Source: a virus
IMG/VR virus record: IMGVR_UViG_3300045970_000415
Span: 1-42,755 of that record
Strand: one strand, 5' to 3'
Length of the DNA stretch: 42,755 bases
Shown: one piece after another, positions 7,664-16,420 of the stretch
How the letters are laid out: the number at the start of each line of letters is the position of its first letter
Position numbering within the stretch: the stretch's first letter is position 1
Translations under genes and position numbers: made by a program
The notes under the pieces: generated by a model
Databases searched by the model: none
Told to the model about the DNA's origin: nothing
What the model saw: only the letters and a program-made list of their open reading frames with translations

Positions 7664-8071
7664 ATGAACCAAAAAGATGAAACTCAAAATAAAAAATTGA
7701 CACTATCAATGTGGCTTGAAGTTAACTTTTTGGATTGGCAAGCCGAAAATAAAAAAAGGGCAACCCTGCAAGAATTTGCTGAATATATTGGATATAGCCG
7801 TCCTCTTATTAGCATGTGGATGACTGGACAAAGGCTTCCAACAGAAGATGGAGTCAAACGGCTTGCTGAATTATTCGGACCAGATGTTTATGACATATTA
7901 GAAATGCCTCGCCCAAATCCCCACTTACAAAACATAAATCGCCTTTGGGAATTTCTACCTGAAGACGTTCAGATAAAAATAGAAAAAGAGGTGGAAAAAT
8001 ATGAGACGCAGAACGAAATATCACGGTTTCAAAAATCATCAAAGGCACGAAAGATTGTTAAACCTAAATAG
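7664..8071 (+). CDS. XRE/Cro-CI family HTH transcriptional regulator (candidate prophage repressor)
   Basis: ATLQEFAEYIGYSRPLISMWMTGQRLPTEDGVKRLAELFG is a typical HTH_3 segment. It is co-oriented with the serine recombinase. Confidence 0.8.
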   Translation: MNQKDETQNKKLTLSMWLEVNFLDWQAENKKRATLQEFAEYIGYSRPLISMWMTGQRLPTEDGVKRLAELFGPDVYDILEMPRPNPHLQNINRLWEFLPEDVQIKIEKEVEKYETQNEISRFQKSSKARKIVKPK

Positions 8072-8228
8072 AGCCTGGCGCTATCTCACGCCTGCTCAAA
8101 AATTTACTGTTTACATGAGTGTTCTCTGGCACTCCACACCCACCCTTTATCAGTACATCAATCACTTTAAATATCATTACCTGCGCTGGCTCACCTACAA
8201 ACTCTACCCCGCCCATTGGGTGAAATAA
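8001..8228 (+). CDS. Hypothetical small basic protein (uncertain)
   Basis: 75-aa ORF overlapping the 3-prime end of the repressor gene. It ends in a TAATG overlap with the next small ORF. Confidence 0.3.
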   Translation: MRRRTKYHGFKNHQRHERLLNLNRAWRYLTPAQKFTVYMSVLWHSTPTLYQYINHFKYHYLRWLTYKLYPAHWVK

Positions 8229-8338
8229 TGCCCTATCCCTCAGCTGACCCAGGCGGCGCAATAATCACGCTCGTTGTATTGTTCCTTCTGGTCTACTTTG
8301 TAGATCGTGATGAACGCAAAAACAAAAAAGGAAAATAA
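8228..8338 (+). CDS. Possible 36-aa single-pass membrane peptide
   Basis: Manual translation: MPYPSADPGGAIITLVVLFLLVYFVDRDERKNKKGK. The start overlaps the previous stop (TAATG). Below the ORF-track size cutoff. Confidence 0.3.
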   Translation: MPYPSADPGGAIITLVVLFLLVYFVDRDERKNKKGK

Positions 8339-8341
8339 AAC

Positions 8342-9160
8342 ATGGCCACAATTCCCGCTAAAGTTATAGACAGATTGACCACAGGCATAAAAAGATTTTT
8401 ACCAGTGCTCTCTTCAGCCAAATCCCGTGATGTGAACGAATCCGACACTGTCACCATCACCACTGACATGTTGGCCGATATATTCGGCTTCAACAAATAC
8501 TCAGAGATCACATCCGAATATGTAATACGTGGCACGTATGTTGACCTGGCCGTCAAGCTCGATGGAAAACTTCAAATGCTGATCGAAGTCAAAGCGATTG
8601 GTCTCGAACTAAAGGAAGCCTACGTAAAACAAGCTGTTGACTATGCTGCCAACCAAGGCATTGAATGGGTGATCCTCACCAACGCCGCAATTTGGCAAAT
8701 CTATAAAGTCACTTTTGGAAAACCCATCGGGCAAGATCTTGTTCTTCAAATCGACTTTCTAAACCTCAACTACAAAAATTTAGAAAACCTTGAAAGTCTT
8801 TATTTGCTGACCAAGGAAGGCATTGGAAAATCTGTGCTCAGCGACTATCACACCCAAAGGCAGGCATTAAGCCGTTTCTCCATTGGCGCAATTCTTTTGA
8901 GTGATCCAGTCCTCGAGGCAGTTCGCCGCGAGCTTCGCAAAATATCTCCAGACGTAAAAATTGATACAGTGCAAATTAGTGATGTGTTAGTCCAGGAAAT
9001 ACTGAAGCGTGATGTGATGGAAGGCGAAAAGGCTGATGAAGCACGCCGTAAAATTTCAAGAGCCGCAAGCCGTGCATCGAGAAAATCAACAAAAGGATCT
9101 CCAGCCAGCAATGATGTAAAAGATGAAGATCAGATCGAAACCACTGAAATTGCTCCCTAA
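8342..9160 (+). CDS. PD-(D/E)xK nuclease-fold protein resembling the HsdR N-terminal (restriction endonuclease-like) domain
   Basis: YVDLAVKLDGKLQMLIEVKAIG...VKQAVDYAANQGIEWVILTNAAIWQIYK shows a D...E-V-K pattern, followed by a charged C-terminal tail. AAGGAAAA upstream. Confidence 0.45.
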   Translation: MATIPAKVIDRLTTGIKRFLPVLSSAKSRDVNESDTVTITTDMLADIFGFNKYSEITSEYVIRGTYVDLAVKLDGKLQMLIEVKAIGLELKEAYVKQAVDYAANQGIEWVILTNAAIWQIYKVTFGKPIGQDLVLQIDFLNLNYKNLENLESLYLLTKEGIGKSVLSDYHTQRQALSRFSIGAILLSDPVLEAVRRELRKISPDVKIDTVQISDVLVQEILKRDVMEGEKADEARRKISRAASRASRKSTKGSPASNDVKDEDQIETTEIAP

Positions 9161-9169
9161 TCCGTTCTC

Positions 9170-10834
9170 ATGCACGCCACCCCACCCGCCACCATCCCCG
9201 GTGGCTCTATCGTAGACACCTACCTGCGAGACAGCGGAGGCGAAGGTCAAGACCGCTCAGTCTCACGTCAACTCGAAGCCATCAAAGAATATTGCCTGCG
9301 CCACAACCTCAAACTGCGCCACATCTATAAAGACGCCGCCAAGTCAGGCTGCTCCACTGTCGGGCGTGACTCTTTCGATCGCATGATCGCATCCACTCGC
9401 AGTGAAGCAGATCGTCCCGTGGCCATCCTCCTCTGGAATTACGCCCGCTTCGCGCGTGACCTCGATGACTCCACCTATTACAAAGCCCTGCTCCGCTCGA
9501 AGCGCAACATCATCATCCACTCCCTCACCGATCACATCCCCGAGGGACCCTATGGCCGCTTCGTCGAGATTCTGATCGACATCTCCAACGAAGAGAAACG
9601 CCGCCAAACTTCCATTGATACAAAAGATGGTCTCCGCTCCATCGTTGCCCAGGGCGCAGTGCCAGGCGTTCCACCGCGTGGCTTCAAACGTCAGCCCATC
9701 ATCACCATCAACCCGCGCACTGGCGAAGAGCGAAAGAATCACCGCTGGATTCCCGATCCAAAATATATCAACCGCATCCGCAAGGCATTTCAAATGCGCG
9801 CCGCAGGCTCCTCACTCGCTGAAATTCAAAAAGCCTGCAAACTCTTTACCACCGTCAACTCCTACGCCACCTTCTGGCGCAACCCGCTCTATTATGGCAC
9901 CCTGGTCTATGCGGGCATCACTTTTGAAATATACTGCGAACCCATCATACAAAAATCCCTGTGGGATAAAGTTCAACTTATCCAACAGGGATTTGCTCAA
10001 AGTAAAAATATAAAAACAGGCGACCGCAATCACCCGCGTCGTCAAAATTCCGAATTCATCTTAAGTGGTCTTGCCCATTGCGCCCGCTGCGGATCTCCCC
10101 TCTATGGCCGCACCTCCCATCAAAAATCGGGCTACAAATATCAATCTTATCTCTGCACCCTCGCCTATCGCAAACGCGGAGCCTGCACCAAGGGACGCAT
10201 TCCCAAACCTGCCTTCGAAGCCGCCATCATCAACGCCTTCGCTCGTCATATCCTCGAAAAAAATAATGTGGATGAAATGCACCGCCTCGATGCTGAACGG
10301 CAGGCTGGTCTCGCCTCCGAACAACAGGATCAGCGCCGTGAGGTCCTCATCCGCATCGCCTCCAACAAAAAACAGCTCACCAACATCATCAACGCCATCA
10401 CAGAAAACGGGTCTTCTCCCGCACTGCAAACCCGCCTCAAAGAACTCGAGCTTCAAAAACTCGAGCTTGATCTCGAACTCAGCGAACTCGAACAGAACAT
10501 GCGCGCAGATCTCGCCCCATCTCTCACCCCGGAACAATTTGAAAGCGGCATAAAACGCATCGCCTCCCTCATCCAGGGCAAAGATCCCGCAGAACAAAAG
10601 ACCGCCCTACGTGGTGTCATCGCCCGCATCGATGTTGAACGTCTGGAAAATACCATCAGAGGCACCATCTACTATTACCTCCCCAATGACGATGATATAA
10701 CCGGCCCCAGTAATCAACCTCCTCCGAATGGGGACGATGATGTGCCTACATCCCCTCACCCCTCGGGACCGCCTGTCCGTAGGCACATCATGCAATATCA
10801 TTTTATTGCATCAACAAAAAGACCACCTTCATAG
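9170..10834 (+). CDS. Large serine recombinase (phage integrase type)
   Basis: N-terminal resolvase-like YLRDSGGEGQDRSVSRQLEAI...KDAAKSG...LLWNYARFARD. Recombinase domain, zinc ribbon CARCGSPLYG...YLCTLAYRKRGAC, and a long coiled coil. Confidence 0.9.
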   Translation: MHATPPATIPGGSIVDTYLRDSGGEGQDRSVSRQLEAIKEYCLRHNLKLRHIYKDAAKSGCSTVGRDSFDRMIASTRSEADRPVAILLWNYARFARDLDDSTYYKALLRSKRNIIIHSLTDHIPEGPYGRFVEILIDISNEEKRRQTSIDTKDGLRSIVAQGAVPGVPPRGFKRQPIITINPRTGEERKNHRWIPDPKYINRIRKAFQMRAAGSSLAEIQKACKLFTTVNSYATFWRNPLYYGTLVYAGITFEIYCEPIIQKSLWDKVQLIQQGFAQSKNIKTGDRNHPRRQNSEFILSGLAHCARCGSPLYGRTSHQKSGYKYQSYLCTLAYRKRGACTKGRIPKPAFEAAIINAFARHILEKNNVDEMHRLDAERQAGLASEQQDQRREVLIRIASNKKQLTNIINAITENGSSPALQTRLKELELQKLELDLELSELEQNMRADLAPSLTPEQFESGIKRIASLIQGKDPAEQKTALRGVIARIDVERLENTIRGTIYYYLPNDDDITGPSNQPPPNGDDDVPTSPHPSGPPVRRHIMQYHFIASTKRPPS

Positions 10835-10846
10835 GGCGGTCTTTTT
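10816..10846. terminator. Bidirectional terminator between the convergent arms
   Basis: AAAAAGACCACC-loop-GGGCGGTCTTTTTGTTTT has one mismatch in the stem and T-runs on both strands. It lies between the stop at 10834 (+) and the stop at 10851 (-). Confidence 0.6.
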
Positions 10847-10850
10847 GTTT

Positions 10851-11306
10851 TCAATACTTTTTCATCAAATTGCTTGCCTGATCGCACACAAAAGCCAACT
10901 GCATCACCGAAGCCAGGTCATTCGGGAAAACGAACTGCGGAACCTTCGCCTTGATCTGCCCTGTGGCTGCGAACTTCGTGAAACTGACCACCCAGCGCGG
11001 ATCATTCGGGAATACGCGGAACGTGACGGTCAGATCTGTATTCGGCACCTGTGTAGGTTCGTCTGGATCAATGCGCGTGCCAGAACTTTTGGGTGCCTTG
11101 GCAATGATCTTGCCCACGTGTCTCGCTACCTTCCTGAGCGCATCCGCAAAATCTGCGAGATCCTCAGCTCGAGCGCCATCGATCCGAACGGTCTTGACTG
11201 TATACATAAACTTCGCCCGTGGCAGCGCCGAGATCATAGCCTCCACTGCTCCACCCTTATACATTGCCTTTGCTCTATTCTTTGTTGCGATCGTTAACTC
11301 TGCCAT
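10851..11306 (-). CDS. Hypothetical protein, last gene of the late operon
   Basis: 151-aa ORF with GAAGGAG upstream of the ATG. Confidence 0.6.
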   Translation of the reverse strand: MAELTIATKNRAKAMYKGGAVEAMISALPRAKFMYTVKTVRIDGARAEDLADFADALRKVARHVGKIIAKAPKSSGTRIDPDEPTQVPNTDLTVTFRVFPNDPRWVVSFTKFAATGQIKAKVPQFVFPNDLASVMQLAFVCDQASNLMKKY

Positions 11307-11493
11307 ACTGATTCTCCTTCAAAATTCTTATCTCTTCGAATTGTGCCTGAAGCAAATCCGTCAGATCCGCAAGCGCAATTGCAAGCCGCGTGATCTTTGC
11401 CTTCGCTGACAACAGCTCGCCTATTAATTCAAACTGTTCATTCCTGTCCAGTGGCACACCATATTTCTTATGGTTTGTAATGACGGTACTCAT
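11275..11493 (-). CDS. Small coiled-coil protein
   Basis: [44 protein letters not shown]... The ATG at 11493 forms an ATGA overlap with the stop of the upstream GT gene (11490-11492). Confidence 0.5.
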   Translation of the reverse strand: MSTVITNHKKYGVPLDRNEQFELIGELLSAKAKITRLAIALADLTDLLQAQFEEIRILKENQYGRVNDRNKE

Positions 11494-12395
11494 GCACGCA
11501 TTTTCAACCACGCGCTCTTGTCCGCTGGCCACGAAGGGATAGGCGCGAAGCGTTTGATCAACCACTCGAAATCATGGATGCGTCCTTCCCATCTGTCGTT
11601 CAGCCAGTGATCAATTGAAAAACGATTGCCATTGTCACGCTCCGATCTTCCTACTCGCGAATATGTTTGACCTATTACTTCCTTGTATGCGTTTCGATAT
11701 GGTTCGCCCTTCCACAAGTGCGCATACCAGGTCTTCTTATTGACCATCACCTGCCCCCCGCCAAGCCATGCCTTCAATCCTAATTCTTGCGCCTCACCGA
11801 TGAATGAGCCATAACCAGTTTCATCCATCTGAACGATACGCCGCTGAAAGAATTCCTTTGGCATAAACCAGCACGAACCTTGGAACGTCATTGTCTCGTC
11901 AATTAATCTATTAATTCGGCTGATGATGCGCTCGTCCCATGTCCACCCGTGCAGACCAAGTTCATTGCTCTTGCCTTTCATCTTTGCTCGGTACGGCCAG
12001 GACAAATATTCATAATCCACAAAGGCTCGATGCCTTCGCACGCTCCACGTTTCCGCATCGAGTGCGTATCTGCGCGGAATAACGATCCAATCCTTATCGC
12101 AATCGGCTTTCAGCGTTTCATCATAGCCCTCTGCGATCAGGCAGTGCGCGTCGATCTTCATGATGTATTCGCCTTTGGATACTGCGATCCCAGCGTTGAT
12201 GGAGGCCCGCATTCCGCGGCGCTCCCTATGGACAATGATCAAACGCGGGTCATCTGGCAATGCTTCGATCGGCCAATACCCGTCAAGAATAACAATGACT
12301 TCGATCTCGCCCGTTGCTTTTGCCAATAGATCACAGACAGTTTGCTTTAAATAAAGTTCATTTCGTGCAGGGATGATTACAGATACTTTTTTCAT
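11490..12395 (-). CDS. GT-A fold glycosyltransferase (GT2-like, with DxH and Gal/GalNAc-T-like motifs), paralogue of 14695..15615
   Basis: [10 protein letters not shown]...IEVIVILDG...KIDAHC...[33 protein letters not shown] overlap with the repeat-protein stop at 12392-12395. Confidence 0.75.
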   Translation of the reverse strand: MKKVSVIIPARNELYLKQTVCDLLAKATGEIEVIVILDGYWPIEALPDDPRLIIVHRERRGMRASINAGIAVSKGEYIMKIDAHCLIAEGYDETLKADCDKDWIVIPRRYALDAETWSVRRHRAFVDYEYLSWPYRAKMKGKSNELGLHGWTWDERIISRINRLIDETMTFQGSCWFMPKEFFQRRIVQMDETGYGSFIGEAQELGLKAWLGGGQVMVNKKTWYAHLWKGEPYRNAYKEVIGQTYSRVGRSERDNGNRFSIDHWLNDRWEGRIHDFEWLIKRFAPIPSWPADKSAWLKMRA

Positions 12396-14695
12396 GGGAA
12401 TAAGTTTATTGAAGATACGTTAACTCCGTTTATTTTGACGATCACAAGCAATCCAGCGCTCGGGCTTGCGGATGGGCTGGTGCTTGGACTAACCGAAGGG
12501 CTTACACTCGGACTCGCCGAAGGGCTCGCGCTTTCCGACACACTCGGAGATAAAGAAGCCGATGGTGACGCAGACTGTGAAGCCGAAGGGCTTACGCTAG
12601 GCGATGCGCTCGTGCTTGCCGACGGACTGATAGATGCAGAGGGTGATACGGAAGGTGAAACACTTTCACTTTTGGAAGGGCTTGCACTGGCTGACGCTGA
12701 TGGGCTAATGGATGCGGAAGGCGAAGCACTCGGAGAAACGCTTGGGCTTTTCGACGGACTTGCGCTTGCTGATGCCGAAGGACTTATAGACGCACTCGGA
12801 CTTACCGAAGGGCTTGCGCTTGCAGATGCTGATGGGCTAATGGATGCGGAAGGTGAAGCACTCGGAGAAACACTTGGGCTTTTCGACGGACTTGCGCTTG
12901 CTGATGCCGAAGGACTTATAGACGCACTCGGACTTACCGAAGGGCTTGCACTGGCTGACGCTGATGGGCTAATGGATGCGGAAGGTGAAGCACTCGGAGA
13001 AACACTTGGGCTTTTCGACGGACTTGCGCTTGCTGATGCCGAAGGACTTATAGACGCACTCGGACTTACCGAAGGGCTTGCGCTGGCTGACGTAGATGGA
13101 CTGATAGACGCAGAGGGTGAGGCACTCGAAGACGCGCTTGGACTTTGAGACGGGCTTGCGCTAGCACTCGCTGACGGAGATATTGATGCTGACGGAGACG
13201 CTGACGGCGACGCTGATTGCGAAGCACTTGGCGACGCTGATGGACTTGCGCTTGCACTTGCTGATGGCGAAGCTGAACCGCCGCCAAATGGATTGAGCGA
13301 AACCAAAAAGGCGTGCTTGGTTGTAGATGTCGCCGAAGCGGTAAAGTTTACGACCCCCGTTGCGCCTGAGCCACTCCAATTGCAGTGCGCGAAAGTCCTG
13401 CTGAACGTGGATATCGAACCACTATCAGAGTCTTCTACCCAATCATTGTCCTGAGTGGCAGGCTTGGTGAACGTTCTTACCGTTGTTGAGTAAACCGCGC
13501 CAAGGGCGATAAGGTTGCGGAGTGTCGCGCCTGTCGTGACCGCCGCCGCCTGAACAGTGGTATTGCTTGTGACGTAATTCGTGTTTGAACTGGCTTCAAT
13601 TGGTGATGTAAGGCTGTAACCGTAACGATAAGTCGCAATGGTTATCGCAATCTTAGTTGTGCCACTCGTTCCCCATGTATAAGTGGCGCCTTCACTCGCC
13701 CCTGCCAGTTTCCAATATATGTGATATTTGTCGGATGTCGATGTTTTACTCTGTAAAAGCGTCCAACCCGTAGGTACTGAGTTGACCGTGAAGCTAGACA
13801 CGTCACGGATACCTACGAATGCAAACATCAAATCGTTTTGCGCGGTGTTTGTCGGTTTATTACACGCCAAAGAAGTCGCCGCGCCATTATCGGCGGCCGC
13901 TGTATTGACCAGAATTGTGTCACTACCTGCGCTTGGAGAGGCAGATGGGGATGCGCTTGGGCTTACTGATGGACTTGCTGACGCACTAGCTGAAGGTGAA
14001 ACCGACGGACTTGCCGACGCCGACGCGCTCGGACTAGCACTACCAACCGCTGGCATCAAAGCGCATTGCCATATCACATAAGATAAATAGGTTGACGTTG
14101 TAATACTTGAAATCCCTGTCGCCCCTGTTGACATTCCTAACTTATCTAAGGTTATGCCAAGTTGTTGTCCAGTTGCGCTTTGAACGTTGCTATACCCATT
14201 ATTGTTGCTTGTATATGTGGTGGTGGTGGGCTGATAATCGTCACCCATCAATAGCAACGCGCACGCGCCAGAAGTAGCGATGGTTATTGATGGTGCGCGG
14301 GCGTTTCCTGCTATCGCCGTCCCTTCTACTAAACCAGTCGCCCTATTTCCCGAAGCTGGCGCAACATCCCAAATATTGGCCGTATCCACGCCTCGGTATT
14401 GGCGGATAACGATTGACCATCTTCCTGAACTCCCTTGCGTAAAATTATAGGTCGCAGGTTCGCTTCCGCCCGCTACCCGCTGGAATATATAAGCGGTAGC
14501 ACTGTCTGGATTTGCCGCGCTGTCAGCAGTCGTGAACGGAGTAGAACCATTATTATCAGTGGAAGTTTGCCCTGCTCCATTGCCATTGATAAACGCAATC
14601 AGAACATCTCCTGATGCTATGGTCAGTCCATGAGTGATGGAAACATTTCCAGACGCTCCGCTCGCCGCCGCCGTTCCGATTAATGATATAGCCAT
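12392..14695 (-). CDS. Mucin-like Ser/Pro/Ala tandem-repeat protein with two paralogous globular domains (candidate glycosylated virion fibre or decoration)
   Basis: 767 aa: globular domain 1, a ~40-aa SPSA linker, globular domain 2, about 280 aa of (S-P-S-A/V/I/K/Q)n, then a 20-aa tail [20 protein letters not shown]. The start overlaps the upstream stop (TAATG at 14695). Confidence 0.8.
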   Translation of the reverse strand: MAISLIGTAAASGASGNVSITHGLTIASGDVLIAFINGNGAGQTSTDNNGSTPFTTADSAANPDSATAYIFQRVAGGSEPATYNFTQGSSGRWSIVIRQYRGVDTANIWDVAPASGNRATGLVEGTAIAGNARAPSITIATSGACALLLMGDDYQPTTTTYTSNNNGYSNVQSATGQQLGITLDKLGMSTGATGISSITTSTYLSYVIWQCALMPAVGSASPSASASASPSVSPSASASASPSVSPSASPSASPSAGSDTILVNTAAADNGAATSLACNKPTNTAQNDLMFAFVGIRDVSSFTVNSVPTGWTLLQSKTSTSDKYHIYWKLAGASEGATYTWGTSGTTKIAITIATYRYGYSLTSPIEASSNTNYVTSNTTVQAAAVTTGATLRNLIALGAVYSTTVRTFTKPATQDNDWVEDSDSGSISTFSRTFAHCNWSGSGATGVVNFTASATSTTKHAFLVSLNPFGGGSASPSASASASPSASPSASQSASPSASPSASISPSASASASPSQSPSASSSASPSASISPSTSASASPSVSPSASISPSASASASPSKSPSVSPSASPSASISPSASASASPSVSPSASISPSASASASPSKSPSVSPSASPSASISPSASASASPSVSPSASISPSASASASPSKSPSVSPSASPSASISPSASASASPSKSESVSPSVSPSASISPSASTSASPSVSPSASQSASPSASLSPSVSESASPSASPSVSPSVSPSTSPSASPSAGLLVIVKINGVNVSSINLFP
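12699..13094. repeat. 132-bp tandem repeat, 3 near-identical copies (44-aa units) inside the repeat protein gene
   Basis: Units start at 12699, 12831 and 12963 (gatgggctaatggatgcggaagg...). Copies 2 and 3 are identical for about 119 bp by eye. Shorter degenerate SPSA-coding repeats extend over about 12455-13290 and 13925-14045. Confidence 0.85.
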
Positions 14696-15615
14696 TATTT
14701 ACTCCACTCTGGAACAGGAAAAAATTTTTCAATTAACCATTCAAGAGGGTGAATAGCCTTATCCCATTTATTGTTCAGCCATAAGTCTTGACTATACTTC
14801 CGCGCGCGCTCTATGCCAGGGTTCGGATACGGAAATCCAAAGTCACCGCCTTGCGTGCGGAATAGATGGGCATACCAAGTTGATCGGTCAATAATAACTC
14901 TGCCACCTGATAACCACGTCTTACAGGCTACCTCTGTGCCTTGCTGACCCCATGAGCCGTGTCTTTCGTCGCACAGATCCAACTCAAAATATTTATTTCG
15001 TGTCACCATAAAGCAAGAACCTTGCAGACTCATGCTCTCCACAAGATTTCCTTTTTGCTTCTTTTGCAGTTCACCCCAATACTGGAAGTGAAGTTGTTTG
15101 TCAAAACGATATGCTGACGACTTGGGGCTTGGCTTGGCTATCCAAACCACATCCATAGTCGTGGGTAGTCCGCAGTCCAGGCACGGACCAGATACACCTT
15201 GGTATCTCCGATGCCCTTTTTCACATACCCAATCAAAGGCGTGTAAGTTGCGCATGAGTGGTGAGACAGTCCAATCGTCTTGCACGTTCGCCATCAACTT
15301 CACATCGAAGCCTTGGTCAAAACTGCAATGAGCATCCACCTTCATCAAATACTTCGCATCCGATACTCGCGCCGCCTCATTCGTAGCCGCACGTTGCCCG
15401 ATACTCTGTGCGTGATGGATCAATGTCAAACGCGGATGGTCTGGTATAGGTATTTCAGGCCACGCGCCGTCTAGTACTGCTATGACTTCTGTATCGCCTT
15501 CACTGTGCGCAAATATGTCTTCAATCGTTCGATTGAGGAACATTTCATTTCGCGCAGGAATGAGAATACTTAGGTCATACATCTTTGCCAAAATCCGTCT
15601 GTGATTACTTTCCAA
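14695..15615 (-). CDS. GT-A fold glycosyltransferase (GT2-like, with DxH and Gal/GalNAc-T-like motifs)
   Basis: [10 protein letters not shown]...TEVIAVLDG...KVDAHC...[29 protein letters not shown]. The start may be the internal MYDLS (15582). Confidence 0.75.
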   Translation of the reverse strand: MESNHRRILAKMYDLSILIPARNEMFLNRTIEDIFAHSEGDTEVIAVLDGAWPEIPIPDHPRLTLIHHAQSIGQRAATNEAARVSDAKYLMKVDAHCSFDQGFDVKLMANVQDDWTVSPLMRNLHAFDWVCEKGHRRYQGVSGPCLDCGLPTTMDVVWIAKPSPKSSAYRFDKQLHFQYWGELQKKQKGNLVESMSLQGSCFMVTRNKYFELDLCDERHGSWGQQGTEVACKTWLSGGRVIIDRSTWYAHLFRTQGGDFGFPYPNPGIERARKYSQDLWLNNKWDKAIHPLEWLIEKFFPVPEWSK

Positions 15616-16412
15616 TTGAAACGCTTGCGCGCTTCGGTCGCGTCTACTGTCTTAGGTGGTGACTTGAATAACCTTATTAAACTTTCTGTAACTATCTTGG
15701 GTGAACCTTCGGGAATGAAGTCAGCAAGGCCATCAAACCACTGCCGGTAGTTCGGGGTGTCGAATACAATCGGTCGGACGCCACAGAATAAAGCTTCAAC
15801 CGCAGGTATTTCGAAACCGTCTTTTCTGCGCAATGCCGACACGAATGTACATTGATTAAATATATCACGCAGGGTTTCGTCGGTGTTCACAGGAAATGAT
15901 GTAACAATTGGATTGGCGTACCCTTTCCCAATGTGCGCAACCACTCCTCCGACTGAGTATGCCGACAAATATACTTCACCAAGGCATTCATTTCGATACG
16001 TGGTTCCATTTGTGCAAACAATATATTTCTTTTCGCGCTTCAAATCAATAAAGACATCTGGGTTAGATGCAAGCGGGGCGTGGTACAGATTGACCAACTT
16101 GAACGGACTGGGGATTTTACTTTTCAAGTCGTAATAGCTCCACACTACCTTCGCGCCACTCCATATGGCTAACCAATCATCGGCGCTTGGGTTTCGACTG
16201 CTCTCCAAGACGTACTGAATGACCGCGTATTTCTTGCCTGCCTTGATAATTTCCTTCGCCTGTTGCGTGACGTGCTGATTGCGCCCGATCACATGCAAAA
16301 TGATCAGATCGGCTTCAGCGGCATCATGCACACGGGTTATATTTTCTGGCAGATTCGCGTCAAGCGCATCAATCACGCGCTGAATGCCATAGCTTTGTAA
16401 GCTGATATCCAT
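15570..16412 (-). CDS. GT-B-like glycosyltransferase (GT1/GT4-like C-terminal motif)
   Basis: RRKDGFEIPAVEALFCGVRPIV resembles the (E/D)x7E region of retaining GT4 enzymes. ATG at 16412 (MDISLQ), with an upstream GTG at 16445 possible. Confidence 0.55.
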   Translation of the reverse strand: MDISLQSYGIQRVIDALDANLPENITRVHDAAEADLIILHVIGRNQHVTQQAKEIIKAGKKYAVIQYVLESSRNPSADDWLAIWSGAKVVWSYYDLKSKIPSPFKLVNLYHAPLASNPDVFIDLKREKKYIVCTNGTTYRNECLGEVYLSAYSVGGVVAHIGKGYANPIVTSFPVNTDETLRDIFNQCTFVSALRRKDGFEIPAVEALFCGVRPIVFDTPNYRQWFDGLADFIPEGSPKIVTESLIRLFKSPPKTVDATEARKRFNWKVITDGFWQRCMT

Positions 16413-16420
16413 GAATATTT

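Larger units (their letters stand above)
7563..7675. promoter_or_regulatory. Operator-like repeats TTTTGGT(C/T)A(C/A)
   Basis: Direct copies at 7563-7572 (TTTTGGTTAC) and 7583-7592 (TTTTGGTCAC). Inverted copy at 7638-7647 (TTGACCAAAA). Partial inverted copy at 7666-7674 (GAACCAAAA). Confidence 0.55.

Noticed and set aside
8293-8556. 87-aa minus-strand ORF overlapping the start of the nuclease-like gene
   Set aside because: It is the only minus-strand ORF in the plus-strand arm. It has no RBS and overlaps a better-supported plus-strand gene that has an RBS.
12435-13148. 237-aa plus-strand ORF rich in L/G/D/A/E ([15 protein letters not shown]...), plus other ORFs at 13066-13379 and 13728-14081
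   Set aside because: These are antisense or off-frame shadows of the SPSA-coding tandem repeats, whose low-complexity periodic DNA keeps several frames open. The minus-strand 767-aa frame is the one with translational coupling to both neighbours.
12455-13290. Possible CRISPR array, given the regular short repeats
   Set aside because: The repeats are contiguous with no unique spacers, have a 3n periodicity, and lie inside a long coding frame. No cas genes or leader are present.
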